From Styela clava (Eukaryota), in contig NC_135260.1 of NCBI RefSeq assembly GCF_964204865.1, positions 20,460,001 to 20,524,000 of the forward strand: 64,000 nucleotides of DNA, given 5' to 3'. Shown in pieces: positions 1 through 32,323 of this stretch. How positions within the stretch are numbered: position 1 is the first letter of the stretch; each line of letters opens with the position of its first letter. Below the pieces are notes generated by a model. The model was not told where the DNA came from, did not search any database, and saw nothing but the letters and a program-made list of their open reading frames with translations. A program made the position numbers and the translations under genes.

Positions 1-115
1 ATGTACCCATAACACACGTTATCGAAATGAAATTGTTTTAGATTTTATATTCTATGTTGATATGAATAATTAATTATGAAAAATGTTGAATGAATACCTG
101 TTATTTTTATTACAG

Positions 116-18495
<18,380 letters not shown>

Positions 18496-20976
18496 CACGT
18501 TTCACATTTTTATGTGTTGTTCTTGTGGTTTTGAGCTGTTTATTCTCAAGTGCACTGCCATCGTAGTTCGCAAAGTAGCATAAATAGTAGTGATCCAATA
18601 TATACATAGCGTTATGGAAATAAGCGTGTCACTATGTAACAATCTATTGTGTTGCAATACAAGGTTTTTATAGTAAGGTTATGTCGATTTCACTTTTTAT
18701 TTTGAATTTAACTTATTATATGCGAAATTTAAATTCTTATAAATTACGAAAATTCAAATCATTCTTCTAATTATTTAACCAATTATATAACAGAGTAAAT
18801 GATACGTTATTCAGTTCCAAACCTATGCTCATGCTGAAGATGATAAATATGCCTTATTGGCTTTCCTTTCCCCCGGAATCCTAATATTTGAATGAGATCT
18901 TAAATCTTCCTTGGAAATCAGATAGTGAATGAACACAATTTCTACTCTGTGAATGTATGAATACAAGGATTCACAAACACAAGCACTTATATTTTACAGA
19001 GAATTTTTTCACTTTCTTCAGTAATTTCTTTCTCCTGTCAAGAGAAGTGGATATTTTCTGTACTTTATTGTTAAACAAAAACAATTCAAACCAATAAATT
19101 TCACTTGATAGGTGTAGCTAATCACATGTTCAGTAGTAATATACCTGATTGTTTTTTTCTGGTATTCTATAAGAAAATGCTCAAATTTACTATTTTTTTC
19201 GATAGCATGGTTTGTGGCTTGATACCTTTATAGCATTTCGCCTTCTCTATATCAGAAATTTTCATTAGAAAGTGGTGCCCCACTCATTATTAAGTCATTG
19301 ATTTTCCTATACTGTTGATGGCAATTTTATGAACAACAACAGAATAACTTTCAGATGTCAATAGATCAATTTTAATAGCAGTAAGATTCTAATTTATGGA
19401 AATAGAATGAGAAAACAATTCCTATTCTGGGTATTTGTCCTAAAATTTATTCTATTCAAGGCTTATTATGTGCCAGCTTGAAGCAATTTAATTTCAACAA
19501 TTCTGGAGCACAAACATTATCGTTGACTTTCATTGCAATTTGTTTGAATAATTTTTTTTTATTTATCTTATTTTTTCTTTTAAAATGGTACTCTCTCTCT
19601 CTCTTTAGTTTTCTTTCCTTCAATCTGTTCAAATATAATTATAATTAGAAATACAAACCTTGTGTGCGCACTTCACTTTGCTGTGTGGGTTTCACTGTTT
19701 TTGCAGACGACACACATACACTAAGACTTCAAGTTGGTTTAACCAGCTATCGAAATATCATTGAGTGCTTTGTGCATTGCACAAGTATACCTATTTACAT
19801 GTTGAATTCCCAACCGACAGAATTTTTCATATTCGTTTTCCAAAACTGCCAAATCCTTTATCTGTTGACCTACGCCCATAAGGCACGTATTTATGACAAA
19901 AGTATAGTTTAGCCGAGCAACAATTTCTCAAGAGTCATTTGGCCGTCAATAATATATATGATTGGTATTACTAGTGAAGAGGATTATTACAATTTCAAGC
20001 ATACTTTATAATCACTATAACAATTGGAATATCCATGCTTGATTCGAAGCACGATTGAACACCAGCATATGCAATACAATTACAACACTTGGTTTTAAAA
20101 ACTGCAAATCACATAATATTCATTGAAGTTTCAAACGAACACGAAAAGTGTCATGCAGTCGTGCACCAATACCAAAAAAGAAACACAATGCAAATTGACT
20201 GAATCGTAAAAAGGTACTTCTTACATTTGAGTCATTAATCTCCAGACAATAACAAACCTTATAATGATTGACTTAATTACATAATTATAATAAAACACAA
20301 GCGTTCGACAGAGCCGAAAACAACATAGTGTAGGGGCGCCTGACCCAAAGAAAACAATGTGAACGTATATAACCACCGGTGGAAGTGGTGATAAATTTTC
20401 TTCGCAAACAGCCAACCACAACCTCCACGGTAAAGTGTACGTCGCAGTAGTTGAGATTCATGCAAGTATTTTATATTCACGAGTCCATGTTTGTAAAAAA
20501 TGTCTCACAAATACAAATGGACGATTAAGGGTGAATTAATCTAGTGACATAGCCTATTGAAAGAACATTATAAAGAGAAGTATTAATTGATATTTATTCG
20601 TAAGCTCTCGTTCATTCGTTTCTGCTTAAATGTTTTTTCTTTTATCAGCGTCGATGAAAAATTTGTAAATCGAGATCTGATTTGATCCGACGAAACAAGT
20701 TGATTCGATATTATTCATCTATCTTCGAAGTACGTCTTAAAGAATACTCAAAATAGCGTTAATTTAAGATGGAAGCTTTTGCGATAGTTTCTACTAAATT
20801 ATGAGCTAACGCTTACGACCCGAATCCGCGCCTGTTTTATTCAGTTTTTTCTTGTGTTTCTCTGTTTCTCTTGTTAAATTGAATATATAAATTTACAACC
20901 TTTTGTGTATATGTCATAATAAGTCATATAATAATATTGTTTAACTGATATATATTTATTTTTTAAATTTTTACAG

Positions 20977-21014
20977 AGGAAAAATTAAGTCCGACAAGTC
21001 AACCCACGGTCGTG
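20977..21014 (+). other. Candidate 5' non-coding exon of the downstream two-TM gene
   Basis: Strong T tract and ttacag acceptor, gtaagt donor, 38 nt. A further possible donor lies at 20430 (cg|gtaaag) and an acceptor at 27595-27596, upstream of ATG 27632. Confidence 0.4.
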
Positions 21015-24000
21015 GTAAGTGAATATAAATTGAATATATCTTCTAGCTAGCTCTATTTGCATTTGTCCTAATAATATCTTTGTCTTCACTCACTTTATGT
21101 TAACTGAAATGTAAGTAAATTTACTCCGTTGCTTATTGCTAGTAATTCCAAGTAGAAGGAAAACTCTATTTGGCCCGAACTCTCGACTACTCTGTATTCA
21201 ACACACTTACACCTGGTTGCCAAAACTTGTGACATCGACTCTACTCCTGGCTCGGGGTTCCGAAATACACAATTTGAGCAATGACACAATTCTGGGGTTT
21301 CTGTTCAACATTTTTCATTTCAAAATCTTGACTTTTGTTCGGTTTACGGCTTACTTTTTTATTATATTTCATAGTTTTTTGAAAAATAGGGCCCCAATTA
21401 TAAAATGTACCGTGCTTTATATTTAACGTCGTAACTTCGTGCCTGATTCTGCACAACCATAAACAGTACAATTAGCACAATATATTTTCCTTTTCAGAAC
21501 GTATTTCAGCAACATATACTAGAGAAGATGAAAGGGTGTTATTGATGGATGATTTTATGAGAATGTGATATGTTAAATGCTTTTTACATGGCGCTAAAAT
21601 GCCTCAACATATTTTTAAATAAATTAAATTTTACTTACTTTTTAGTAAGATTGGATTTGCATTCTGTATAGTGTATAGTACACAATAAAATAAATATGTG
21701 TATCTATCTATCGTATTGTCGTTAACTGCTGACATTTACAAATTTACTTGGTTAGCTTTATTGATAAGTTTCAATAATCTTTCCAAACATACACGTGTTC
21801 GAACAAGGGTCAAAGAAAGCCAACGAGCTAAATAGTAGGAACACTGATTTTTTTTCTTCAATGTGACTGTTTAATGCAACGATTGACGAAATTTTTATCG
21901 AGGTTTCAGTTACTTTCGACATAATACGATAGTAAATTTCTCAAATTTGGTTCTTATTCTGAATAGAACTACAGATTTCATGGCATAGACAAAGGGATAA
22001 TAAAATCGACATGGTGTACTATGCTAGTAATATGGTCGATACCCGCGAAAATCTTTTAAAACGCTAAGTTACGTCAATTATCGGGGACTTCATCGCACTC
22101 TCAACAACAACGGTGTCGTTCTTTTGCCGCAAGAATTGCTGTCCATGTTGTCCAACAGCAGCAGCCTCTCACGCACAGACTTAAATAGCATACGTAACGC
22201 TTCATGAAATATCCCAATAAACGTGACATATTGATAAGCATCGCGATTATTCAATATGCTGGTCATCTTCCAGTGGTCTTTAAAAATTTCTAGGCGTGTT
22301 CATTTATTAAAATTAAACACTTATGCAAGTTGAGTTTTATTTATTTCATTATATAACCTATCGGGAAATTGATTAAGATTACCATCAGTGGGCGAGCGAT
22401 GATACTATGTATTAATGCATCAATAATAATGATGATATCATCCACCCATCAGCTGAATCGGAAGTGACGTAATATGACGCTCAGCAGATATTAAACGGAA
22501 GAAGTAATAGCTTATAACAAAGCATATGATAGCAGACAATTAGAACAGATTGATTTGAGCCAGGAGAAAAAGGTTTAACCTGCGAGCGTAGACTTACAAA
22601 ACACAAAATCATAATCTTTATTAGTAGATAAGCATATAAGTAGTTCTCGGCATAGAAGAGGAATCGATGGAGAGAAAATTATAGTTGTCCTTATGTACGG
22701 ATGCAATGTATATCACACATAAACGACAAATATAACTAATATTAGTCTAGGATGTCAGAAATCTCTCAATTCATATTTACTCGCAAAATCTCGTCTGTCG
22801 TTTCGCCTGTTATGTTTTTATTCTATCAAAGTCGGCAAAAAGTTTTGAAAATCAACATTTGTTGGTAGAAAAAGGTGTCGAATTATCCGAATGGTTATCT
22901 CTGTTATAAGACTGTAAATGATATGGCATGATTTTGGCATAGGAAATTTCTTATTTGGTCATCTTCTCACCAGATAGGACTTTGTATGTTTCTTTCCAAT
23001 GATTTGTATTTTATTATGACCAAAAAGAACACAAAAATGCATCAAAAGAGCAAATACTAGGAACGAAGAAATTCTTTACAAGGGTTTCTTTTAGTACATT
23101 TGTAGCTTGCTGTAGCTTCAGAAATGTTCACGGGATTCAAAATGACAATGAGGCAATTATATAAATTTGAGAGTTATTATCCTGGCGTTGTTCCAACGAG
23201 CAGAACAACCAACGAATTCGTTCAAATAGTGAAGAAATGTGACGTCCAAAGTCTGATTTCTGAGTGGGAGGTTTAGTATCAACTCAAGATACGAGAAATA
23301 TTTATGACCATTGCGGGTATAGAAAATCTCTTGCGCGTTGTTGATTCGATGTATTTTTTATACGACCCCAACCAAAATGCGACTTACATACCTACCATTT
23401 ATTGCCGAAATTATTACCTGTAAGTACATTGTTAGTATACTCTCTTGTAAGATTAATATTATATATTGGTGATCGAAATCTAAAATGATATTGGAGATCT
23501 AAACCAGGTTCGCGACTGATCTGAGAAAGATGGAACGACGGGTGCACTGCTACACATATCTCAGAAACGCTAAAGGTAAAGACAGTATGTTGTATACAGA
23601 ATCAGTGCAAGAGCAGCTGATTTAAAGCATGGGTTAGGATAAATCTCCAGACAAATTAATGGTCATATCAGCATATGAAGTCGAATTGATGGCAACATTG
23701 GTGATTCGTGCACGAGGTTCTCGCAGTAATGGTATCACATTAAGTAGGAGTATTTTGTAAGATTGTTGTATACTTCTGCATATTCATAATCATATTTCAA
23801 GCAGAAAACCTTCATAAATGAGCACAAGGGTATACCATACACGATGATTATCGGACCAAATCGCTCAATATACCCTTTGTATTCTGTATGAGTCACCTTG
23901 ATTCATTTCACGGGTCAATTTGTGAGGATACAAGTTGGAGTGACGTCTCTCTGACCTAACACGGAACTGGTGCAATCGATTATACATAATAATAAGACAA

Positions 24001-27000
24001 ACAGAATATCAGTTATCGCGCCTATCTGTTATTAACACAAATGCGGAATCATTCTGTCAACTGATTACATTGTGCAACACTCAAATATAGAAGCTGTCAC
24101 AGGAACTCTGACGAATTATTTTAGTGACATATGTTGATACTCTGCCATTCGCTTGCTTATTGCTAGTACGTGACGCGTATTTAATATGTATAATCAAAAG
24201 GTCAATTTGGTTGAAATGGTACGTGTCAATTTAGCAGTCCAACTTCAGCTATTGTAAATAAAAATTGACTATAGGATGCACTACTAAATACTTGAGTTGA
24301 ACTTTATTATTATTGCAAATATTTGATGCTCTACTCATTATTAGGACGGGGTATGTCAGAATACCTGATAATTTCAGAATCGAATCGAATATTTTTTCAA
24401 ATCGAATACTTGAATACATTTATATATCGGAAGATATATAAATTATCAACAACTAAGTAGTTGTATGTGACTTTTTTCATTGTAATAAGCCCTCCTGACA
24501 AATTAATTGCTAAAAACATGGAGTTCATTACTCAGTCAGTTCACTGAGTTGTCACATCCAATGAGAAACATGTTTCATCAACAATTCACTATGAAGAAAG
24601 GAGTCAAAATTGCATTCTAAAAATTGAAGGATTCACATCGACTTCTGGCAGACAAAAAATAAACAAGACGATGGCGATTTTAAATTTGAAAGGATTCAAA
24701 TAATTTGCTATTCGATTCGAATATTCAATTCGAAATACCCAAACAGACTTTTCCTTAAGCGGGGAGAGAATATCATAATAAAGCTTTTTTCATAATGAGA
24801 AAAATTGTGGAAAATATGCATAAATCTTACCACGAAAGTTTCAATTCTTGGTGCAATAAATCTTGAAATGAAAATCGTAAATGTAAGAGAGTGTGGCACC
24901 TCCGCTGATAATTCCTTTATTATATGCAATTGGTAAATTACAGTGTCATTCGTTATGTGTCATATTGTACATCATACCTGCATTTATTCAGAATTCGCAA
25001 ATTTGCTCTTAATCATATCTAATTGAGGGAATATGATCATTGGCGCATGAAATATAGGTGACTGGTGATCTATTTTTCTCATATGTTTGCAGGGGGTGCA
25101 GGAATGAATAATGTTTATTATTCAAAAAGTATTACATTTTCTCTATAAACACGCAAAAGAGTAAATACCCAGTGCAGTACTCAAAAGTTAGCATGCAGGC
25201 AAAAAAATTGTAATGTTGGTATTTGGTTTTCACGCGATTTTCAAAGTAAATTTTTCAAAGTTCGATTATTTACAATAAACTAACTCCGAGTCCACACAGT
25301 TCCACGATAGAGACACTTATACATGATGGAAAACAATCTAACAGCATATGCCGACGAACTGTATACCATATCATACTGTCTCGAGCAAACTAAACTTTTG
25401 CTAAATTAAGGTCCATTGTAATTTAACATGAATCAGTCAGTAGAAGGTGAGGGTATGTACAACTTAGATTATTGTTATTTACTTAATGATTTAGTTTTTA
25501 ACTATCAATGAAACAAAAAACGAAATTGGTAGCGGAGTACATGTTTCTGACAGAGTGTGTCTTTTGGGAAACGACTCTTGTTGGCTGATAGAATAGAATA
25601 TTGTAAAATATTTAGTCTATGTAAAAGTATATGTATCATAAATCAATTCTTTATTCTTGATACCCAAAAATATCAAATGATCTATTTTCATGAATCTACT
25701 TGTCCAGCCTTCCAGCACGTTTAGACTTGATCAATTTTAAAACTCAGTTTTAAACTACATGTTTTACAATTTAATACAAAAACTTGTATGATATCATGGT
25801 TTTGCTACATGCAAAAGTTCAGTCTAACAAATCATGTGTGTGTCATCGTGATATATTTTAGTGTGACGATGCAGTACGTTATTAAACATACTGCATCTTA
25901 CACGAGCAGAACATCGATTAAAAAAAGCATTACTAAGTGATGTAAGATAACGGATTGCGATTGTTAGCGTCTTACTTAAACTCTTTAAGTTTGAGCATCA
26001 AGGTATGAGCCAGCGGTAGTAATGATTTGTTAGCAAGAGGGCTGCATTTTTTGAGTGTTGAATGCATTTCATCGTTAATATAATATGTTCATTACAAAGT
26101 AATATCGGGCACATCTTCGGGCCCCGTCGGATAGTTTCACACTATTGAATATCGTGCACATGATCAGTTATACTCATCAAATATTATGTTTTTATGAGGC
26201 GTTTTCACTACTTGACTTCAAACGGAGCTCTGTGAAAAAAAATCAATCAATTTATTGGATCTAAAATATTAAAACTTTCGGAAAAGATAACGCAGACGGA
26301 AGTTGACAAATCGCCAAAACGCCAGGAAGTTCAGAAGAAGTTTATCAGGACCAGTCATTTTTTAGGCAAAGACGGTGTTAAATTGTTCATGTACGATTGC
26401 GCATTCAATTTACAAATGCAATGCAGTAAATAACTTCAAGCTCAACAACACAGAATAAATTATTGCGCTTTCTAGAATAGTGAAGTTTGAAAAGTATTGA
26501 AATCTTTTACCTTTACAGCAGCAGATTATTGTTCTTAAACACAAATTATCTAACATGATCGGATGAGGCGGAAACGCGTATTTTATTTCGCAAAAACTAC
26601 ACATATCACAGACAATAATGATATTACGGGTACGCAGTTAAAATTGTGAGTAGTTACGAGCGGAGAGTTGTTCACTATAGGGCAAATCATATAATTGTAA
26701 ATAATATAGTGACAATATATACATGTGAACGTGTTCAGGGCATATCGATGAACACAAGCATCGGGAACTAAGAGATCGGTCCATCGCGCCGACGAATTCT
26801 TTTTCCTTTTTGCCAATATATACTATTTTTATATTGATCTTTAGCTTTTTGACGTCAACCATGAACATGCCATACATCGTGATATTTCCCTTTCGAAGTA
26901 AGACTTTATGCGTGGAAGGTCATGTGGTTCAACTGTAACTGAACTGTAACATTGCCTCTGAAATATGTTTCGTTGTGCCTCTACGTTAATATTCGATTTT

Positions 27001-27631
27001 AAAAAGCAAGAAAATATTTTGTTGATGCAAAACAATTTCATTTCAATATGTTCAAGTATTCAGTATTAGAAAATTGAACTTTGTAAAAATTTCGAAATTC
27101 TAGAAAAGTGAATTGTTAAAAGAAGGGGAAAAAAGTTTAATTTAGTGAAACACTTTTGAATTCTAAACACCTCCAATAGGTATGTTAACCCAAGTATGGA
27201 AATATCGTCTCCGAATATTGACAACTACCTCTTTAGACAAATAGAAATTTGAACAGTCAATAAAATAAAACGTGATTCAATGATATATTTATAAATGTAT
27301 CTAAGTGCCGGGTAGGTTAAACATAATAGGTAAAATTGACGTGCACATATGGCTATACATTTCCTAAGTGAGCAATGTAATGTTTGCAATCGTATTTGCA
27401 TTTTATTGAAGATATACTGCAATAAAGTATACGATTTAGAGAAAAAATAATTTCAGTGAGATATTGTCATCAAGACTTTTGAATTTTTATTCCAATTGCT
27501 TTCCGCGTGCAAATGGCCATTTACCTAAATTAGCATAAGTTAACATATTGTTATTTTACGTCACAGAAAGCTGTATTTAAATATGCTCATTATTAGGTGT
27601 TAAGATCCTATAAAAAGGCTTCACGAATTCA

Positions 27632-30600
27632 ATGGCAACAAGTGCAGATTATGATATTGTTCCTACGTCCCCACCAGGAAGTGATAGCAGTCATTCAAAT
27701 TCCCCCACAGATAGAACACGATTAGTGTCGAACGGGGTGCACGAACGACCACACAATCCTGATGTCGAGCAATGGTTTTTTTCTTCACCAGTAACAAACT
27801 TGATACCTGGAATAAGGCGATTTCATTCTCCAAGAATATATGCTCGATCAGCAAGTCCAGTTCCAAATTCTTCACCTCAACTTGTTCGCAGTGTTTCTGA
27901 AGGTGTCGGAATAAATACTCGTTGGCAGCGCGATAGGAAACATATTACTGACATCGGACCTCCAAAATCATCGTCGGTTATTATGCAAAACACCACAAGG
28001 AGTCCTACAGAAAGCAGTTTACCAGGTTGGTAAAACTAGAACTCAGCCGTGTATTTTTTGTAGCACACATTAACTAAAAAACCTTTCGCGGATTTAGCTA
28101 GATTTTGCAAGAAATCAAATAATATTTTTCACACTTATAGTTGTTTATGAATGTTGTCCTTTTGAATATATTTGCTTGAACAAGCTCAAGCTTTGTCCAT
28201 CATACATAATTATATTTTTTTGATCTACGAAAATCGCGATTTTCTTTATTTGGCTAATAAGCCTTGTAAATTACGATAAATATTCGTAGCCAACAATTTG
28301 TTTGGCTTTACTTCCACGTTCTCGATTCAGACTCAAATCGAAGGTGATATCTGCGTTTGTATCCGAAGGTTATTGTGACCTACATATATCTATTTATCTG
28401 TGATTGTTCCTTATATAATTTTATTAGATGATAGACGATACCAGACTGCAACTTCGGTGCGTCTAGATTCTCATCACCACCATGTTCGCAATACATCTAT
28501 GAGTGACGCAGGATCGTCGGGAATATTTCGTACTGCATCTATTTTAAGTGAAATCAGACCAGGAGCCATTGTAAGCAGATCTTCTACCCGGAGAAGTTTT
28601 GGTCGTGAATGGACACGTAGCCACTGGGAAAAAGTTAGAGATCTTGGTGAGTGTTAGATATTGATATTTAATTGTTTCGTTATTACCTCATTTCTCGCCT
28701 ACACATTAGAGAAATTAGGAAATGCAGACAATTTACATCACAGATGTACGTGGGAATTGGGCGTTTGGATACGCGCGCAGTGGTATCCTATACATACAAG
28801 GCGTGTGCTAGCTAATCGAATACTTATATAAAAAAAAGTAGCAAAACTGAAAGTTATTTTTGTCGGGCCTGTACGTCGCTGACGCATATTAATTATATAC
28901 GTGTGGATATCTGTAAAATGTTACATTCGTCAAAATTTTTGATGAATAGATCTGGAAACTTATTTTCGGTCAAACGTTTTATACCTGATGTGTCAACAAA
29001 TATAGTGACATTTTTCTATAGTATAATTGGCATGAAACAAGTCACGAAGTCGACAATTGGGCAAAATTCCCAAATTTTTAAATTAATGATCAGCCAAGCT
29101 GAAACTGAGCTATGAAAGCAATAATTCCCTATTCAAAATACATGCACATGGTCGCGCAAAGCCGCGAACGCAAATTCAGAGAATGAAAGAGTATAATTCC
29201 TTTTTAGTAAGTTATATTTGTAAGGTGAAATGTTTCGATTATGTGAAAAGAATGTTACAAATAATAGTGAAAGATATGGAAATAACATCAACAAAATTAC
29301 ATTTCTATTCAATTCAAGAGTCTTGCTGCACACTTACACAAATATATTTCTGTAACGTTTCGTCTGACCAAGGTCAGACTTCTTCAGACAAGCATTTTAC
29401 AACTATGACAAGAAATGCAATTGCATGCACATAAATAATGGTATCAAAATTTGGGTTAGAGAAAAATAACTAAGATTGGGACAGTGCCAGAACAATAGGA
29501 GAGCTAAATTTGAATTATAATCATAATATAACATAATATAATTCAAATTTAGCTCTCCTATTGTCAGGGCACTGTCCCAATCTTGGTTATTTTTCTCTAA
29601 CCCAAATTTTGATAAAAAAAAATTTTTAAATTAAAAAATTTGCATTCGAAAAATGTCCAGGAAATTATCGGAATATTAATTTTGAGAGAGGTAAAAATAT
29701 TTTCTGCGATCAATTAGACATCATGACGACTCCGAATTCTGTCAATACGAATAAATTATTCTGAAAATGTTTGCGTCGTCATAAAACGTGACAACTGAGC
29801 ATAATGAGTAAATATAAAAATACAGTACTATCAATTTCCAAGAGACCGAAAACTCTGTTCGGTTCCGTGTTTCGAAAATCGATACTAAAGACCCAGACAT
29901 ATATATATGAAAAACCAGCCTGACTAGAAATCATTAACGACACGCTTGGTGAGGATAATTATGACTGATATTATTACATAAAAGTATAATGTTCCCAATC
30001 TGTAGTCAACTTTCAAACAACAAACAAACTTTGGCGCTCCAGAAGTGTGTGAACCAATATGGAGGTAACTAATTTTGTTCGCCTACTTTACATCAAGTAG
30101 TGTACATGAACTGATTACTATGGGCAGGGGGTATATTTACTTGGCTTACACAGACAGTCCCCGAACTTGTAATAGAACTAAAATATTGAAAATAGGAATA
30201 AAATTATGGCCTAACGCCCTAACCTTAACCTGGAAACACATACTACGGGAGTACCCAAACTTTTGATAATCCCAGTCAGTAAAGCAGAGCGGATATATTG
30301 AACTTCCTGCCTAAAGTGTGGTTACGTACATTCGGTGCTTTTGCATGACGTCATAATCAATTTTGTCTCTTTGTCTTATCGATCGCCTAACCGTGATTTT
30401 TCCCAATATTAAAAAAAATGCTCCAAGCCATACCAAAATATTTAAATATTCGCAGAAGGATAAAATACCTAATAATTGAAAACTTCAAGCTGATAATTTT
30501 TCACAAAAGAAAGATAATAAAATCTGTAAATTTTGTCACGTCTGCGGCCCATTGGCGTGAATATACGACGATAAATGGAATTGCGAAACTCAGGGGTTGC

Positions 30601-32323
30601 TTTTGAATAATATATTTCTTGCCATGGATACCAGGTGAATTCGACAAGATAAATGTTTATCCAATATGTCGTGAAGATAGGACTTATCTATAGCCCACAA
30701 CAGTGGCGTAGCAAGACTCTCGTGGGCCCCCCGCAAAAATATTTTGTGGAAATGACCCTAAAAACTCTCGGACATAAGCTAAAACAAAGTTTTTTTTCAT
30801 TTCGTCAAAAATCATAACATGTCGCTATAAAAAGGCTATGATTACCCTAAACTCATCCACCATCTTCGTCATATCAATTTTTTCAATTTGCTTCAAAAAT
30901 CAGTAACTTACCTGTGATAATTGTCGTGTAAGTATTGGAAGAAAATTCAGTCGCGCCGGCGCCATCACTTTTGGAGATTGAACACGCATCTGGTTTTCTA
31001 CCGATACCACCGGTGCTAGGCATAATTCCTCCTCAGTTACGTTCGGTATTCCCAAGTCTAATTGTTTCAATTTTGGTTTAAATATTTCGTTTATCTTGGT
31101 TACTTTAATTTTTTTCATACGTTCTTCCTCTTCTGCCCTTCATTCTTCGTTTTTGTGCGCCACTAAGAGGTTTTGCTTTCGACATCAATCTGACAGCCTT
31201 CGTAATTGTGCCGGTGGCCGGTGGGATCAAACCACACGACACCGAAAATCGACGACTCCGGTATTGTTACATAACAAAACGATTTGAGCAGAACTAACAT
31301 CAACATTATAAGATGTGCATTACTGCTTTTGCAATGCAGCTTTTGGTTTGCGGCTTAAATTTCTGAATTTTAACCGCTTGGGGCCCCTTTTCGCTGTGCT
31401 ACAGAACCCCCCCAATGGGGGTGGATGCTGCGCCACTTGCCCACAATGCATCTGAAATCGAAATCGAGCTTTTTGAGTAGTCTTTTTTTCTTGTTACTCG
31501 AGGCCTGTCGAACTTGCTTAAATGAAACCAAAAAAGACAGCAAAAGTTAAAACAGCTGAAACATGTTATGTTTTTTACATTTTTTGTCACCAACTTCATG
31601 GTATGAACAATAGCCTAACTACGACCTACGTCAACTGGTCAAAAGTACCTTCCTACGTAAAAATCGCTTGTCTAAAATTGATCAAACAGAACCTGTGGAG
31701 TGATGTAAAACTTAAATTTTTTCATATATATATATATACAAATTATATTTAAGTTGCGAAGTAATATTTCGTTCATTTTGTGTATTACAGAACAGGAATC
31801 AGAACGAGCAAGACGATGTTCAAAACTATCGAGTGGATTCGCTCCTTTAATGGTTTTTGGGGGCTTAGTGTTCATATGTATTGGAGTCAGTGCAACCACT
31901 AACAACGGCAAAGATCGAGAAAAACTGCAACAACTTAGCGCAGCTCCTATGGCCATGGGTGTTTTCATGCTTGCTCTCGGAATATTTCTCATCGGGTCTT
32001 GGTTTGGTTGCCGAGGGAGGGCGAAAGGTCTTGAACAACAGTTACTTCATGGTTCGCGTAGAAATTCTCTAGACGAAAATGTGGTGCAAAGTTTCATTTC
32101 CAAACTGTATTCAAATCCCGGTGCAAATCGCCGACAGCAAGCGTCGCCTACACTTCCTGGAGTCACTCTCGATGGTGTGGACGTTCTTAAACCTCTGTCA
32201 GATACCGAGATAAGAGGTGAACGACAGAAGTTTCATGACTCGTCAGCGGAGCATCCTAACTGTTGTACTCATTGTGGTGCCAGTAACACCTCAACCCAGG
32301 TTATTTTAGAAACAGCTATTTAG
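27632..32323 (+). CDS. Uncharacterised ~381-aa membrane protein: disordered S/P/R-rich N-terminus, two-helix hairpin, C-terminal class I PDZ ligand (ETAI)
   Basis: Exons 27632-28025, 28428-28646 and 31791-32323 join in phase 1/1 (1146 nt, no internal stop). Hydrophobic segments FAPLMVFGGLVFICIGVSA and PMAMGVFMLALGIFLIGSWFGC are separated by a polar loop of about 17 aa. Confidence 0.8.
29442..29614. repeat. Long inverted repeat (78-bp arms, 17-nt loop)
   Basis: 29442-29519 is the reverse complement of 29537-29614 with about 4 mismatches. Confidence 0.92.
30033..30255 (+). mobile_element. Short dispersed repeat with imperfect terminal inverted repeats (MITE-like; called family X here)
   Basis: GGCGCTCCAGAAGTGTGTG...CACATACTACGGGAGTACC; the core ATGGAGGTAACTAATTTTGTTCG recurs at 51870 and, inverted, within 53814-53851. 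Confidence 0.7.
30701..31438 (-). mobile_element. Non-autonomous hAT-type DNA transposon with a remnant of the transposase N-terminus
   Basis: TIR CAGTGGCGTAGC / GCTGCGCCACTT; perfect 8-bp TSD GCCCACAA (30693-30700, 31439-31446). The minus strand reads MSKAKPLSGAQKRR from 31185, then one frameshift, then MKKIKVTKINEIFK up to a gtaagt donor. Confidence 0.8.

Noticed and set aside
19664-27422. Short ORF-track entries between BK and the two-TM gene
   Set aside because: No recognisable motifs or consistent splice chain; lengths are as expected by chance.
31791-32323. Two-TM protein as a BK beta subunit (KCNMB)
   Set aside because: Beta subunits have a large Cys-rich extracellular loop; here the loop is about 17 aa with no Cys.
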